A stretch of 49,275 nt of DNA. Source: Planctomycetota bacterium. Lineage in GTDB: Bacteria; Planctomycetota; Planctomycetia; JALXBF01. This document shows positions 28,630-37,800 of this stretch, piece by piece. The stretch lies in the NCBI GenBank assembly GCA_026991575.1, contig JALXBF010000122.1:1-49275 (forward strand), in the 5' to 3' direction. A model generated the notes under the pieces. That model did no database searches. It was not told the origin of the DNA and was given only the letters and a program-made list of their open reading frames with translations. The translations under genes were made by a program, and so were the position numbers. Numbering within the stretch: the first letter of the stretch is position 1; each line of letters begins with the position of its first letter.

Positions 28630-30771
28630 CTAATCGGGCATTTGACAACTTGTTGCGCCGGCAGCTACCAGGTAGCACTGCTCCACGTAGTCGCGCACCA
28701 TCCGGTCCGCGTTGAATCGCCAGCCTAAGGTGCGGATCGCTCGCTTCATCTGCTCGATCCAACCGCGCGGCACCCCGTCTTCGTCCCGCTCGTAGTAGAG
28801 CGGCACGACGACCCGCTCCAGGGTACGGTACAGGTCCAGCGCGTCGTTACGGTCCTGGATCTCTGGATTCGTGTGGATCCGTCCCTTGCCGAACGCGAAC
28901 CCGTTGGTACCGTCGTACGCCTCGGCCCACCAGCCGTCGAGGGTAGACAGGTTCAGCACGCCGTTCAGTACGGCCTTCTGACCGCTGGTGCCCGATGCTT
29001 CTAGCGGGCGTCTGGGATTGTTCAACCAGACGTCCACCCCCTGTAGCAGGTGGCGTGCGACGTTCATGTCGTAATCCTCGATGAAGGCGATCTTTCCGCG
29101 GAAGCGGGGATCCTGGGCCAGCTGCGCGATCCGTTGGATGAGTTGCTTGCCAGCGTCGTCGCGCGGGTGAGCCTTACCCGAGAAGATGAGCTGCACGGGG
29201 CGCTCCGGATCGTTCACGATCCGGTCGAGGCGATCCAGGTCCGAGAAGATCAGCGTCGCCCGTTTGTACGTGGCGAAGCGGCGGGCGAAGCCGATGGTAA
29301 GCACGTCGGGCTGCATCATGCGCGACGCGAACGCGATTTCCTCCTGCGAAGCACCGCGCCGCTTTAGCTGGCGGACAAGCCGGCGGTGGACGAAGTCGAG
29401 CATGGACGCTTTCAGTGTCTGGTGCACCTCCCAAAGCTCGCCATCGTCGACCTCTTCGATCCCCGCCCAGACCTCCGGATCGCTCGTACGCTGCGTCCAG
29501 TTGGGCCCGAAGTAGCGGTCGTAGAGTCGATAGATCTGCGGCGCCAGCCAGCTCAACACATGCACACCGTTGGTGATGTGACCGATCGGAATCTCATCCT
29601 CGGAACGGTCTGGCCAGAGCGGGTGCCACATGGTCCGGGTGACACGGCCATGCAGAGCACTGACGGCATTGGCCCGCAGACTGCCTTTCAGCGCAAGCAC
29701 GGTCATGCAGAACGGTTCGTTAGGATCCTCTGGCCGAACCCGTCCCAGCCGCATCACGTCCTCGACCGAGAGGCCGATCTGGTCGGCGAGCGGGCCGAGG
29801 TGCTCGGCGATCAGGTCGTAGTCGAAACGGTCATGGCCAGCAGGCACGGGCGTGTGTGTCGTAAAGACCACGTGCTGCCGGGCCACGCGGAAAGCATCTT
29901 CAAAGGAGCGCCCTTCCTCATGGATGTACTGCCGCACCAATTCCAGGACTGCAAAGGCGGAATGCCCCTCGTTCAGGTGCAGGCAGCCGGGGTCGATGTT
30001 CAAGGCCTTCAGCGCGCGCAGGCCACCAACCCCCAGCAGCAGTTCCTGGCGGATGCGGGTGCGCATGTCGCCGCCGTAGAGTCGTGCCGTGAGCTCGCGG
30101 TCCTCGGGCCCGTTTGCGTCGATGTTCGAATCCAGCAGCAACAGCAGCGTCCTGCCAACCTGGATCCGCCATACCCGCGCGTAGATCGGGCCGTTGCGCG
30201 TATCCACCTGCACGACCACCGGTTGTCCGTCGCGGTCGAGCACGGCGTCCATGGGAAGTTTACTGGTATCGACGTTGATGTACTCCTCGACTTGCCAGCC
30301 GTCTTCGTTGAGGCGTTGCCAGAAGTAGCCCTGGGAGTAGAACAGGCCCACGCCAACCATGGGCACGCCCAGGTCCGAGGCGCTCTTGAGCACGTCGCCG
30401 GACAGGACACCGAGGCCGCCGGAGTAGATCGGCAGCGATTCGTGCAACCCGAACTCGGCAGCCAAATAGATGACAGGTCGAACCTGCAACACACCGCTGC
30501 GCGTCGCGCCCCAGGTGTCGGTCGCGGTCATGTACTCGCCGAGCCGGCGGTAGGCGTAGTTGATGCGGCTCTCGAGCACAAGTTCACGAACGCGCGCCTC
30601 CACCTCCTCAGGCGTCAGCTCCTGTAGCAGCGCCACCGGATTGTGCTGCAGTTCCCGCCATCGCTGCGGGTCGAGCGCCCTGAAGATGGGATCAAGCTCA
30701 GGCTGCCAGGTCCACCAAAGGTTGTGCGCAAGGATCTGGAGCTTTTCGTAGATCGTTTTCGTGGCATCCAT
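28630..30771 (-). CDS. glgP: Alpha-glucan (glycogen/maltodextrin) phosphorylase
   Basis: NLWWTW, YSGGLGVL, RLYGGD, HLNEGH, FTTHTPVPAGHD, ARRFATYKR, GKAHP and the PLP motif EASGTSGQK. Likely start MDATK at 30771. Confidence 0.96.
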   Translation of the reverse strand: MDATKTIYEKLQILAHNLWWTWQPELDPIFRALDPQRWRELQHNPVALLQELTPEEVEARVRELVLESRINYAYRRLGEYMTATDTWGATRSGVLQVRPVIYLAAEFGLHESLPIYSGGLGVLSGDVLKSASDLGVPMVGVGLFYSQGYFWQRLNEDGWQVEEYINVDTSKLPMDAVLDRDGQPVVVQVDTRNGPIYARVWRIQVGRTLLLLLDSNIDANGPEDRELTARLYGGDMRTRIRQELLLGVGGLRALKALNIDPGCLHLNEGHSAFAVLELVRQYIHEEGRSFEDAFRVARQHVVFTTHTPVPAGHDRFDYDLIAEHLGPLADQIGLSVEDVMRLGRVRPEDPNEPFCMTVLALKGSLRANAVSALHGRVTRTMWHPLWPDRSEDEIPIGHITNGVHVLSWLAPQIYRLYDRYFGPNWTQRTSDPEVWAGIEEVDDGELWEVHQTLKASMLDFVHRRLVRQLKRRGASQEEIAFASRMMQPDVLTIGFARRFATYKRATLIFSDLDRLDRIVNDPERPVQLIFSGKAHPRDDAGKQLIQRIAQLAQDPRFRGKIAFIEDYDMNVARHLLQGVDVWLNNPRRPLEASGTSGQKAVLNGVLNLSTLDGWWAEAYDGTNGFAFGKGRIHTNPEIQDRNDALDLYRTLERVVVPLYYERDEDGVPRGWIEQMKRAIRTLGWRFNADRMVRDYVEQCYLVAAGATSCQMPD

Positions 30772-31029
30772 CGAGTCACGCTCCTCCGTGCCCGGGGTCC
30801 GGTCCCGCTCAGTCGAGCGGCTGACAAGAAACTCTAGCACACTCCGGGTACAGCGTCCATGCGCGCCGAGACGCCCGCTCGATGGTCTCCGTGTGCTTCT
30901 GCGGCTCTAAATCGCCGGGCTGCGACGACGGGGCCGGCACGCTACGCGCCACCATTATCTCCGACCACACATGGGCCCCGGCTCGCCGGCAGCCCGCCTC
31001 AAGCTGGCCACACACTTGGAAGGCACGTC

Positions 31030-31179
31030 CTACTTCTTCTTGCGCGACTTCTTCTTCGCGCCCGTTCGGGTCGACTTGCTCGTTGCCGCCTTCTTCCGGC
31101 GGCTGCTGCCGCCGCGGCCAAAGATCAACTCCCAGCCCTCGGCATACTTCTTCGTGCTGCCGACGCGTACGATGCTCAT
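31030..31179 (-). CDS. 49-aa basic protein (not in ORF track)
   Basis: MSIVRVGSTKKYAEGWELIFGRGGSSRRKKAATSKSTRTGAKKKSRKKK*; purine-rich RBS GGAAGGGGAG. Confidence 0.8.
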   Translation of the reverse strand: MSIVRVGSTKKYAEGWELIFGRGGSSRRKKAATSKSTRTGAKKKSRKKK

Positions 31180-31622
31180 TGCCTATTCTCCCCTTCCGCA
31201 CCAAACCGTCTGAGACGAGCCCGAAGCGGGCTACATCAAGAACCGAATCATTAAAGACCTACGCCGCGGCGTGAGCTTGGTCAAGTCCCGGCCGCGCCCG
31301 CACGGCCGCTGGTCTCGGCCGACCAACGTCGCGTGGCCGGGACGATCACGCGCAGTGCGGGCGGCCACGCCTGCGGGTTGTGGGGCCCGGATGGACCATG
31401 CCGGCGGGGCAGCACCGGCCTGGGACGCTAGCGAGATTCGACGTACTGTGCTGTCGGCTCAGCCTGGCTGGCGCAGCGATCGCCCTCACCACGCAGACCA
31501 TCCGGAAGATCGTGACCTATAGTAGAGCGGAAAGACTCGGTAGCCGAAGGGTGCCAGACCTTCCCCTTCGAGCCCACACTGTGCCCACCCCGGAGAATCG
31601 CCACGTTTGCGCGGAGACGACC

Positions 31623-32720
31623 ATGCGCTGTCGAACGCTCCTTTGCGCCTGTGCCCTGCTCAGCACCGCCTTTGCCAGCGACGGGCAGGCCCAGCCGTTT
31701 GCGGGCCAGATCTGGGACTTCACCAATAACAGTGGCCGTGACTACCGGGTCTACTCGCCCTCTCTCGGGCAGAAGCGGGACGTGTACGTCTACACGCCAC
31801 CGGGCTTCAGCTGGGAGAACACGGCCACGACTTACCCGCTTCTTATCTGGCTCCACGGCTATCTGGGCGATGAACGGGATTTCCTGATCACGGTGGCACC
31901 GATTCTGGACCGTGCCATTCAGCGTGGTGATTGTCCGCCGCTGATCTGCATGGCACCGGACGGCAGCATCGCCGGCGACTTTCCCCGGGACGACCCGCTG
32001 GAGAGTGGTGGTGGCAGTTGGTTCGTGAACTCGGAGCGGGGTAAGTTCCAGGACTACCTGGTCAAAGATCTGTGGCAGTGGGTGCATGAGAGATTTCCAA
32101 TCAGAGCCGGTCGTGACGCACATGCGATCGCCGGCTGGTCGATGGGTGGGTTCGCAGCGTACAACATCGCGTTGAAGTACCGTGAGCGGTTCGCGATCGT
32201 CGCAGGGGTGTCACCCCCGCTGAACATGCGCTACGTTGACCTGAACGGCAACTACTCCACCGACTTTCGACCGGGCCGGTGGGGCCTGCGCAAGTCGTTT
32301 CCCGATCCAGAGGAGACCCTAGCCTACTTTCCGTACGACACCTTCATCCTAGGCATTCCGACCCGGGTGCAGATTCCGATCACCGCTGAAATGTGGTTCG
32401 GCCCTGTGTGGGGGCTTGGTCGGCGAGGCGCGGAGTTTGTGAGTCGGGAGAGTCCTCTGGAGCTGATGGCGCGCAACCCGGTCCGCCCCGGTGAGCTGGA
32501 CATGTACGTGGCCTATGCCAAAGACGACCCACTGAACATCGATGCGCAGGTAGAATCGTTCGTTTGGTGGTGCCGGGAAAGCGGCATTCCGATTACCGTG
32601 CGCGCTGGCTACGGCGGCCACACGACTGAATTCCTCCAGCGTCAATTGCCGGACTTGTTCCGCTGGATCGGCCAGCGGCTTCGCGAACGACTGGCCACGA
32701 AACGCTCATCCGGGAGTTGA
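31623..32720 (+). CDS. Secreted alpha/beta-hydrolase, esterase family
   Basis: Signal peptide from ATG 31623; VYVYTPPG, YPLLIWLHG, nucleophile GWSMGG, D and GGH. Confidence 0.88.
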   Translation: MRCRTLLCACALLSTAFASDGQAQPFAGQIWDFTNNSGRDYRVYSPSLGQKRDVYVYTPPGFSWENTATTYPLLIWLHGYLGDERDFLITVAPILDRAIQRGDCPPLICMAPDGSIAGDFPRDDPLESGGGSWFVNSERGKFQDYLVKDLWQWVHERFPIRAGRDAHAIAGWSMGGFAAYNIALKYRERFAIVAGVSPPLNMRYVDLNGNYSTDFRPGRWGLRKSFPDPEETLAYFPYDTFILGIPTRVQIPITAEMWFGPVWGLGRRGAEFVSRESPLELMARNPVRPGELDMYVAYAKDDPLNIDAQVESFVWWCRESGIPITVRAGYGGHTTEFLQRQLPDLFRWIGQRLRERLATKRSSGS

Positions 32721-33679
32721 TCACCATGATCCGCTCGACCGCACTGCTCCTGGCCCTGGCCATGGCGGCGTCGGTGCTGGACAGCGTCGCGAGAGGACAG
32801 TCAGCGGAAAGGCCACGTGACCCAGCCGCCGTGCGGCTCAACAAGGTCATCGCCCGGTTCGAGGCGGGCAAGCCGGCATTCGGCATCTTCGTCTCCGACC
32901 CGACGCCGCGCAAGGCGGTCATGTTGGCCGCCAGCCCGCTGGACTTCGTCGTCATCGACATGGAACATACCCCTCTGGCATTCGATCGGCTGGAAGCATT
33001 TCTGACCAGCTTCGTCGACCGCCGTCGGCTGGCGGCGAAGGGAAACTTGCAGCTGGACGTAGCGCCCATCGTGCGGTTGGCGCCGTACGGCCGCGAGCGG
33101 CTACAGTTCACGATCAAGCAGGCGCTGGACCTGGGCGCGTACGGACTGATGCTGCCGTTCATTGAAACGCCCGAACAGGCGCTTGCCGTCGTACGCGCTG
33201 CGCGCTATCCTCAGCCCCGTGGTGCTGCGGATCGTGAGCCGATCGGGCAGCGCGGTGCCGCGTACGGTTTTGCCGCCCGGCTCTGGGGGCTGTCGCCGAC
33301 CGAGTACGTTCGTCGGGCGGACATCTGGCCGCTGGATCGCCAGGGCGAACTGGTGCTGATGCTTCAGATTGAAAGCGTCACGGGGGTGAAGAACATCGAA
33401 CGCATCCTGGCTGTGCCTGGCGTGAGCTCGATTTTCATCGGCCCCTCTGACCTGGCGTTCTCGCTGGGCGTACCCGTCGGCCACCCGGACCATGAACGAG
33501 CGATCCAGACCGTGCTAGCAGCGTGCAAGAAACGCAACGTGCCGTGCGGGATCACGGCGAGCGCAACAGACGTGCGCAAGCGGCTCGCCGAAGGGTTCCG
33601 GTTCGTAACCGTCGGCGGGGACGATCAACTTGGCGAAGGTGTACTCAGGACCCTGCGGGCGGCCCAGCAGCGTCGGTAA
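32717..33679 (+). CDS. HpcH/HpaI aldolase family protein with an apparent signal peptide
   Basis: DFVVIDMEH, KQALDLGAYG, RYP..G.RG, LQIES, IFIGPSDL motifs; N-terminal RSTALLLALAMAA...ARG. Start is TTG 32717 or ATG 32726. Confidence 0.88.
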   Translation: MITMIRSTALLLALAMAASVLDSVARGQSAERPRDPAAVRLNKVIARFEAGKPAFGIFVSDPTPRKAVMLAASPLDFVVIDMEHTPLAFDRLEAFLTSFVDRRRLAAKGNLQLDVAPIVRLAPYGRERLQFTIKQALDLGAYGLMLPFIETPEQALAVVRAARYPQPRGAADREPIGQRGAAYGFAARLWGLSPTEYVRRADIWPLDRQGELVLMLQIESVTGVKNIERILAVPGVSSIFIGPSDLAFSLGVPVGHPDHERAIQTVLAACKKRNVPCGITASATDVRKRLAEGFRFVTVGGDDQLGEGVLRTLRAAQQRR

Positions 33680-33691
33680 CGCTCATCCCCC

Positions 33692-34063
33692 CTAGGCCTG
33701 TTGCCGTCGTGCCCCCGGCAACACCCCTGCTGCTGACGGCTGATCGTGCGGCGGCGACTGGTCGCCGTCAGCGCCTGTGGCAGCCAGCTCAGCCGAAAAA
33801 CCCCGCGCCGCTTCACCGCTGCCGTGAGCCGGTTCAAGCGGGCGCCGTTGCACCAATTCCAACTGCAACACCTCAGCGATCTTCTCCACCGTGGCCAGTC
33901 TCAGGTCGCGCTCGCCTTTCAGGAACCTGGTGATCACAGCCGGCGCCACGCCCGCCTCCTTGGCCAACCGGTAGACGCTCATCGGGCTGTTGCGGATCGC
34001 CTCGCGCAACGATTCGCTGAGGGTCGGACGCCACAGCCTAGGTTGTCGGGTTGGGGAAACCAC
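33692..34063 (-). CDS. XRE/Cro-like helix-turn-helix protein
   Basis: LSESLREAIRNSPMSVYRLAKEAGVAPAVITRFLKGERDLRLATVEKIAEVLQL; GAGGAGG RBS before GTG. Confidence 0.85.
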   Translation of the reverse strand: MVSPTRQPRLWRPTLSESLREAIRNSPMSVYRLAKEAGVAPAVITRFLKGERDLRLATVEKIAEVLQLELVQRRPLEPAHGSGEAARGFSAELAATGADGDQSPPHDQPSAAGVLPGARRQQA

Positions 34064-34438
34064 CGGTTGCCTCCTCTGGGAACCAAGCCACGACGCCGTC
34101 CGGTCGCACGTTCCGTCCTCCCCCAGCTACTACTATCTTCGCCGCGTGGCCCCGGCGGGGCAAGCGGGGCGAAATGGCCCGTGAGGCGGGCAGAAACCGG
34201 GTTTTTGACGCAATCCAGTGCCCTAGATGGACTTAGGAAAAATCGGCCCACGGTTGACGGCACGGCGACGGTCGGAGACAATGGCACAAGAGTGTGTGGA
34301 CCGTGTGGAACCAGTGGAGCGGGCGGTACCGCGTTTTTCGGGGTTGATGCAAGGCTCAACCGAACCGTGCCGTGCCGTCGAACCTGAAGGCCTGCAAACG
34401 AGAGCCTAGGAGGTACGCAGCGAACGAGGCAAAGACCG

Positions 34439-34603
34439 CTATTTTTTCTTGCGGCCAGCGGTCTTTTTCTTCTTGGCGGCAGTCTTCTTCTTTTTGGCGG
34501 CTGTCTTTTTCTTCTTTGCAGCCGTCTTCTTCTTGGCTGCCGTCTTCTTCTTGGCCGCTGTCTTCTTCTTCGCAGCGGTCTTCTTCTTCCTAGCCTTGGC
34601 CAT
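34439..34603 (-). CDS. 54-aa histone-H1-like Lys/Ala repeat protein (not in ORF track)
   Basis: MAKAR(KKKTAA)4(KKKKTAA)2KKKKTAGRKKK*; RBS AAAGGAGGTGA before the ATG; synonymous codon variation among the repeats. Confidence 0.9.
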   Translation of the reverse strand: MAKARKKKTAAKKKTAAKKKTAAKKKTAAKKKKTAAKKKKTAAKKKKTAGRKKK

Positions 34604-34764
34604 AGCTCACCTCCTTTCCGGAACCGGTGCCGCCCGCTCCCGTTTTATTGCTGACACCTGGTTCCACCTGTCCCGGTCGCCAACACACGCACACCCGTCA
34701 CCGACTCGTGGCTGTCCACGCTTCTACTTGCCGCCCAACCACTTGAGCAGCTTCTGTCTGTAGG

Positions 34765-34792
34765 AGTATACCAGTTCGTGCGCGGTGGTCAA
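34765..34792 (-). promoter_or_regulatory. Strong sigma70-like promoter for the H1-like gene
   Basis: TTGACC, 16-bp spacer ending TGG, then TATACT (extended -10). Confidence 0.65.
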
Positions 34793-34821
34793 GTGGAAAA
34801 TTGGCCAGTTGGCAAATGATG

Positions 34822-37800
34822 TCATCGAGCAACGTTGTCCTGCGACACAGGGACCAGGACCACTCCGCGCAGCCTCACCGCCGCGCCATCGCCACGGTGA
34901 CGCACCAGCAGCTCCAGCTGCGCCTGACCCTGCGGCAAACGCACCCGTGCCAGTTCAGCCTGACGAAACAGATCTGGCTCCGCGCCGGTAGCCGGCAGCG
35001 GAAACTCCCAGGCGCCCCCCTCCGGCATCACGCTCACGCGCGCTTGAACCGCAGAGCGCTTGCCGGGCAGACACCAGTCCAGCCAAACGGCATACATTCC
35101 AGCGCGGGGCAGTTCGATCTGCCAGACCAGCTTCCCGACACCGCCGCCGTTAACACGCATGACCGAAGCGCCCCCGCTGCCGCGGGCCGAAGCCACCGAC
35201 AGCGTCGTGGGCTGATTCGTGGCGACCGCCACCACGCGTCTTGCTTCCGGCGCACCGTGAGCCAGGAACGCAGTCAGATCGGCCAGGTCGCGCGGTGACA
35301 GCTGCTCTTCGAACCCTTCCGGCATTAACGATCGGCGCACCACGCGTATCTGATCGATTTCCGTCCGTGCCAGTTGCTGGCGTGTGCCATCGGCCAACGC
35401 CAGCGTGATGGTCTCCGCGGCCTGCTCTACGATCAGCCCCGTGACCACGCGACCGTCGCGTGTCAGGACCGTGACCGGGAAGTAGCGTGGGTCGACGGCA
35501 GCGTTCGGATCGAGCACGGCGGTGAAGATGGTGCGGCGGTCGCGCGCGGTCAGCTCCGCGAGGTTTGGCCCCACATCAGCCCCGCGCGCGCCAAAGCGAT
35601 GGCACGCAGCGCAATGCCGTTCAAACAGTGCCCGGCCGCGTTCCGGGTCGCCTTCCGCCGGTGCGCTGGCCAGGTATCGGGCCACCAGCGGTCGTCGTGT
35701 GCTGGCGACACCGGCGGCAAGCCGCTTGGCCAGCGGCCCGCCGCCGAGTGCCGCAGCTAGCCGCTGCCGGTGCGCGGGGGTGAGATCCGCTACGGCAATG
35801 ACGTCTCGGTCCAGCTGCTCGATCAGCCAGCGTCGGCCCAGCTCTGTCTGCAACCACCGTTCGATCAACTGCACCCGCTCCTCCGGGCCAATTGCATGCC
35901 ATCGCGTCAACACCGCCTGCCACCAGCTCACGCCCTTACTGGCCACAAACGCCACGACACGCCGCCGCAACTCGGCGGTCCGGTGCGGCAACAGCAACTC
36001 AACGGCCAGGGCGCGCAGCTGCCGATCCGCTTGCCCCCCCAACGCCGACAGCGCCGCCAGCGCTGCGAATCGATCCGCCACCCCGAGCCCTTCATCCTGA
36101 GCCCGGCGCTTCAGCTGGTCACGACAGCGAGCAAGCCAGCGAGCAACCGCTCCATCTGCCTCAGCGGCCTGCCGCAGCAGATCCGCCGCCGGCGCGAGTG
36201 CGGTGTCAACGGCGGCTAACCCCTGACTGCGTGCCACGTCGCGCAGCAGAGCAGCTAATGCGTGAGCGGCACCGGGGGGATTGTCGCCTCTGCGCAGTGT
36301 TTTGGCAAGCTCAACGAGCAGCGCTTCGGTGATTCGGTCACGGTGAGCGTTCAGGGCCGCGAGGAACCGAGGGGGGGATTTGAGCCCCCCTGCAAGAGCA
36401 GCCGCCCGGATGTACTGATCCGACCGCGGATCAGCGGCCAGCGCAGCCGCCAGCTCATACCGACGCGCATCGTCGGGCAATCTGCTGATGGCGATCGCCA
36501 GCTGAAAGCGAACCTCGGCCCGCTCATCATCTGCCAGCCGCTCCAGCGCAGCCCGCACGCTCGCGCTCGGTGCGCCATCAGCCACCGCAAGCCGGATCGC
36601 ATTGCGCCGCAGCTCCGGATGCTCGTCGGCCAGTAGCGCCAGGACGAGCTCCTCGTCCAGGGCCGAAGCCCACGCCAGCAGCCACGCGGCCTGCACGCGA
36701 GCGGCCGGCCAAGCGGCCGATCGCACGATCCGCGCCAACCGCCGGTGCGAAACCTGTCGCCGCCCCAGCACCACCTCACGCTGCACCATGTCACGCAACG
36801 TCCCATTGGTTCCCGCCAGCCACTCGGCCAACCGTTCCTCCGACGCACTCGCCAGTTCATACCAGTGCTGCTCGGGACGTTGGCCTGACGGAACCACCCG
36901 GTAGATGCGGCCGCGGTCGGCACCGGCCCGAACGTCCAGCCGACGGAGGATGTGGGGCGGGATCCAGCGCGGATGTTCGATGACGAAGCGGTACATGTCC
37001 ACCACCCAAAGCGCTCCGTCCGGGCCGGTTCGCACCTCCACCGGTCGGCACCACGGATCCTCCGCTGCGAAGAACTCGGGCTGCTCTCCCGCTATGCGCT
37101 CTAGCTCGAACGTCGTCCCCCTGCGGACCAGTTTGCGGTGTACCACCACGTTGTGCACCGGCTCACAAACGAAGACGTCACCGTAAAGCGCTTCGTCCAG
37201 CCATCGGTCGCGGTACACCGTTGGACCACAAGCCGAGGTAACGTAGTTGAGCTGCTGTGGCTGATTGAACCGCTCCATCGGTGGGCTGGCGGGATACAGC
37301 CGCCGCTGCCGGTCGCTGCCTGCCAGCCGGACCGCCACGGGCGGGGCGGCTAGCCCGGGCACCGCCCGCAGCAGCTCCTGCGGAAAGATGTAATGACTCA
37401 GCAGATTGGCATTGGTGGTTCCGAACCAGTTTCCCCAGTCGTCCCGCACGCGCCCCTGCTGACTCAACCCACTGACCGGCTCGAACCGCCAATCACCAGG
37501 CCAGAATCGGAAGTCGCGGCCGTCGATCGAGACAGGGTCGCGCAAAAAGGGGGATCGAATCGTGCCACCGAACAGGCCGTTGGCGCCGTAGATCCAGCCG
37601 TCCAATCCCAGGCGGAGCGAGTTGACACGGGCCTGATAGTTGTGCGTCGCGAACCCGCTGTACAGCTTGCGCACGCGATCGGCTCGTCCGTCGCCGTCGA
37701 GATCTTCTGCGTAGAGGATGTCCGGGGCGGCGCAGACGAACGCGCCACGGCCCCACACAAGCAGCCCGGTGGGAAAGGGAATGCCATCCAGAAAGGTCAC

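Noticed and set aside
30971..31213. Overlapping + strand Phe-rich ORF and the minus-strand ORF 30809-31204
   Set aside because: Shadows of the 49-aa gene, which has the RBS and protein-like sequence.
34449..34763. + strand ORF with FFLAAV repeats
   Set aside because: Antisense shadow of the Lys-rich H1-like gene; the RBS and promoter are on the minus strand.
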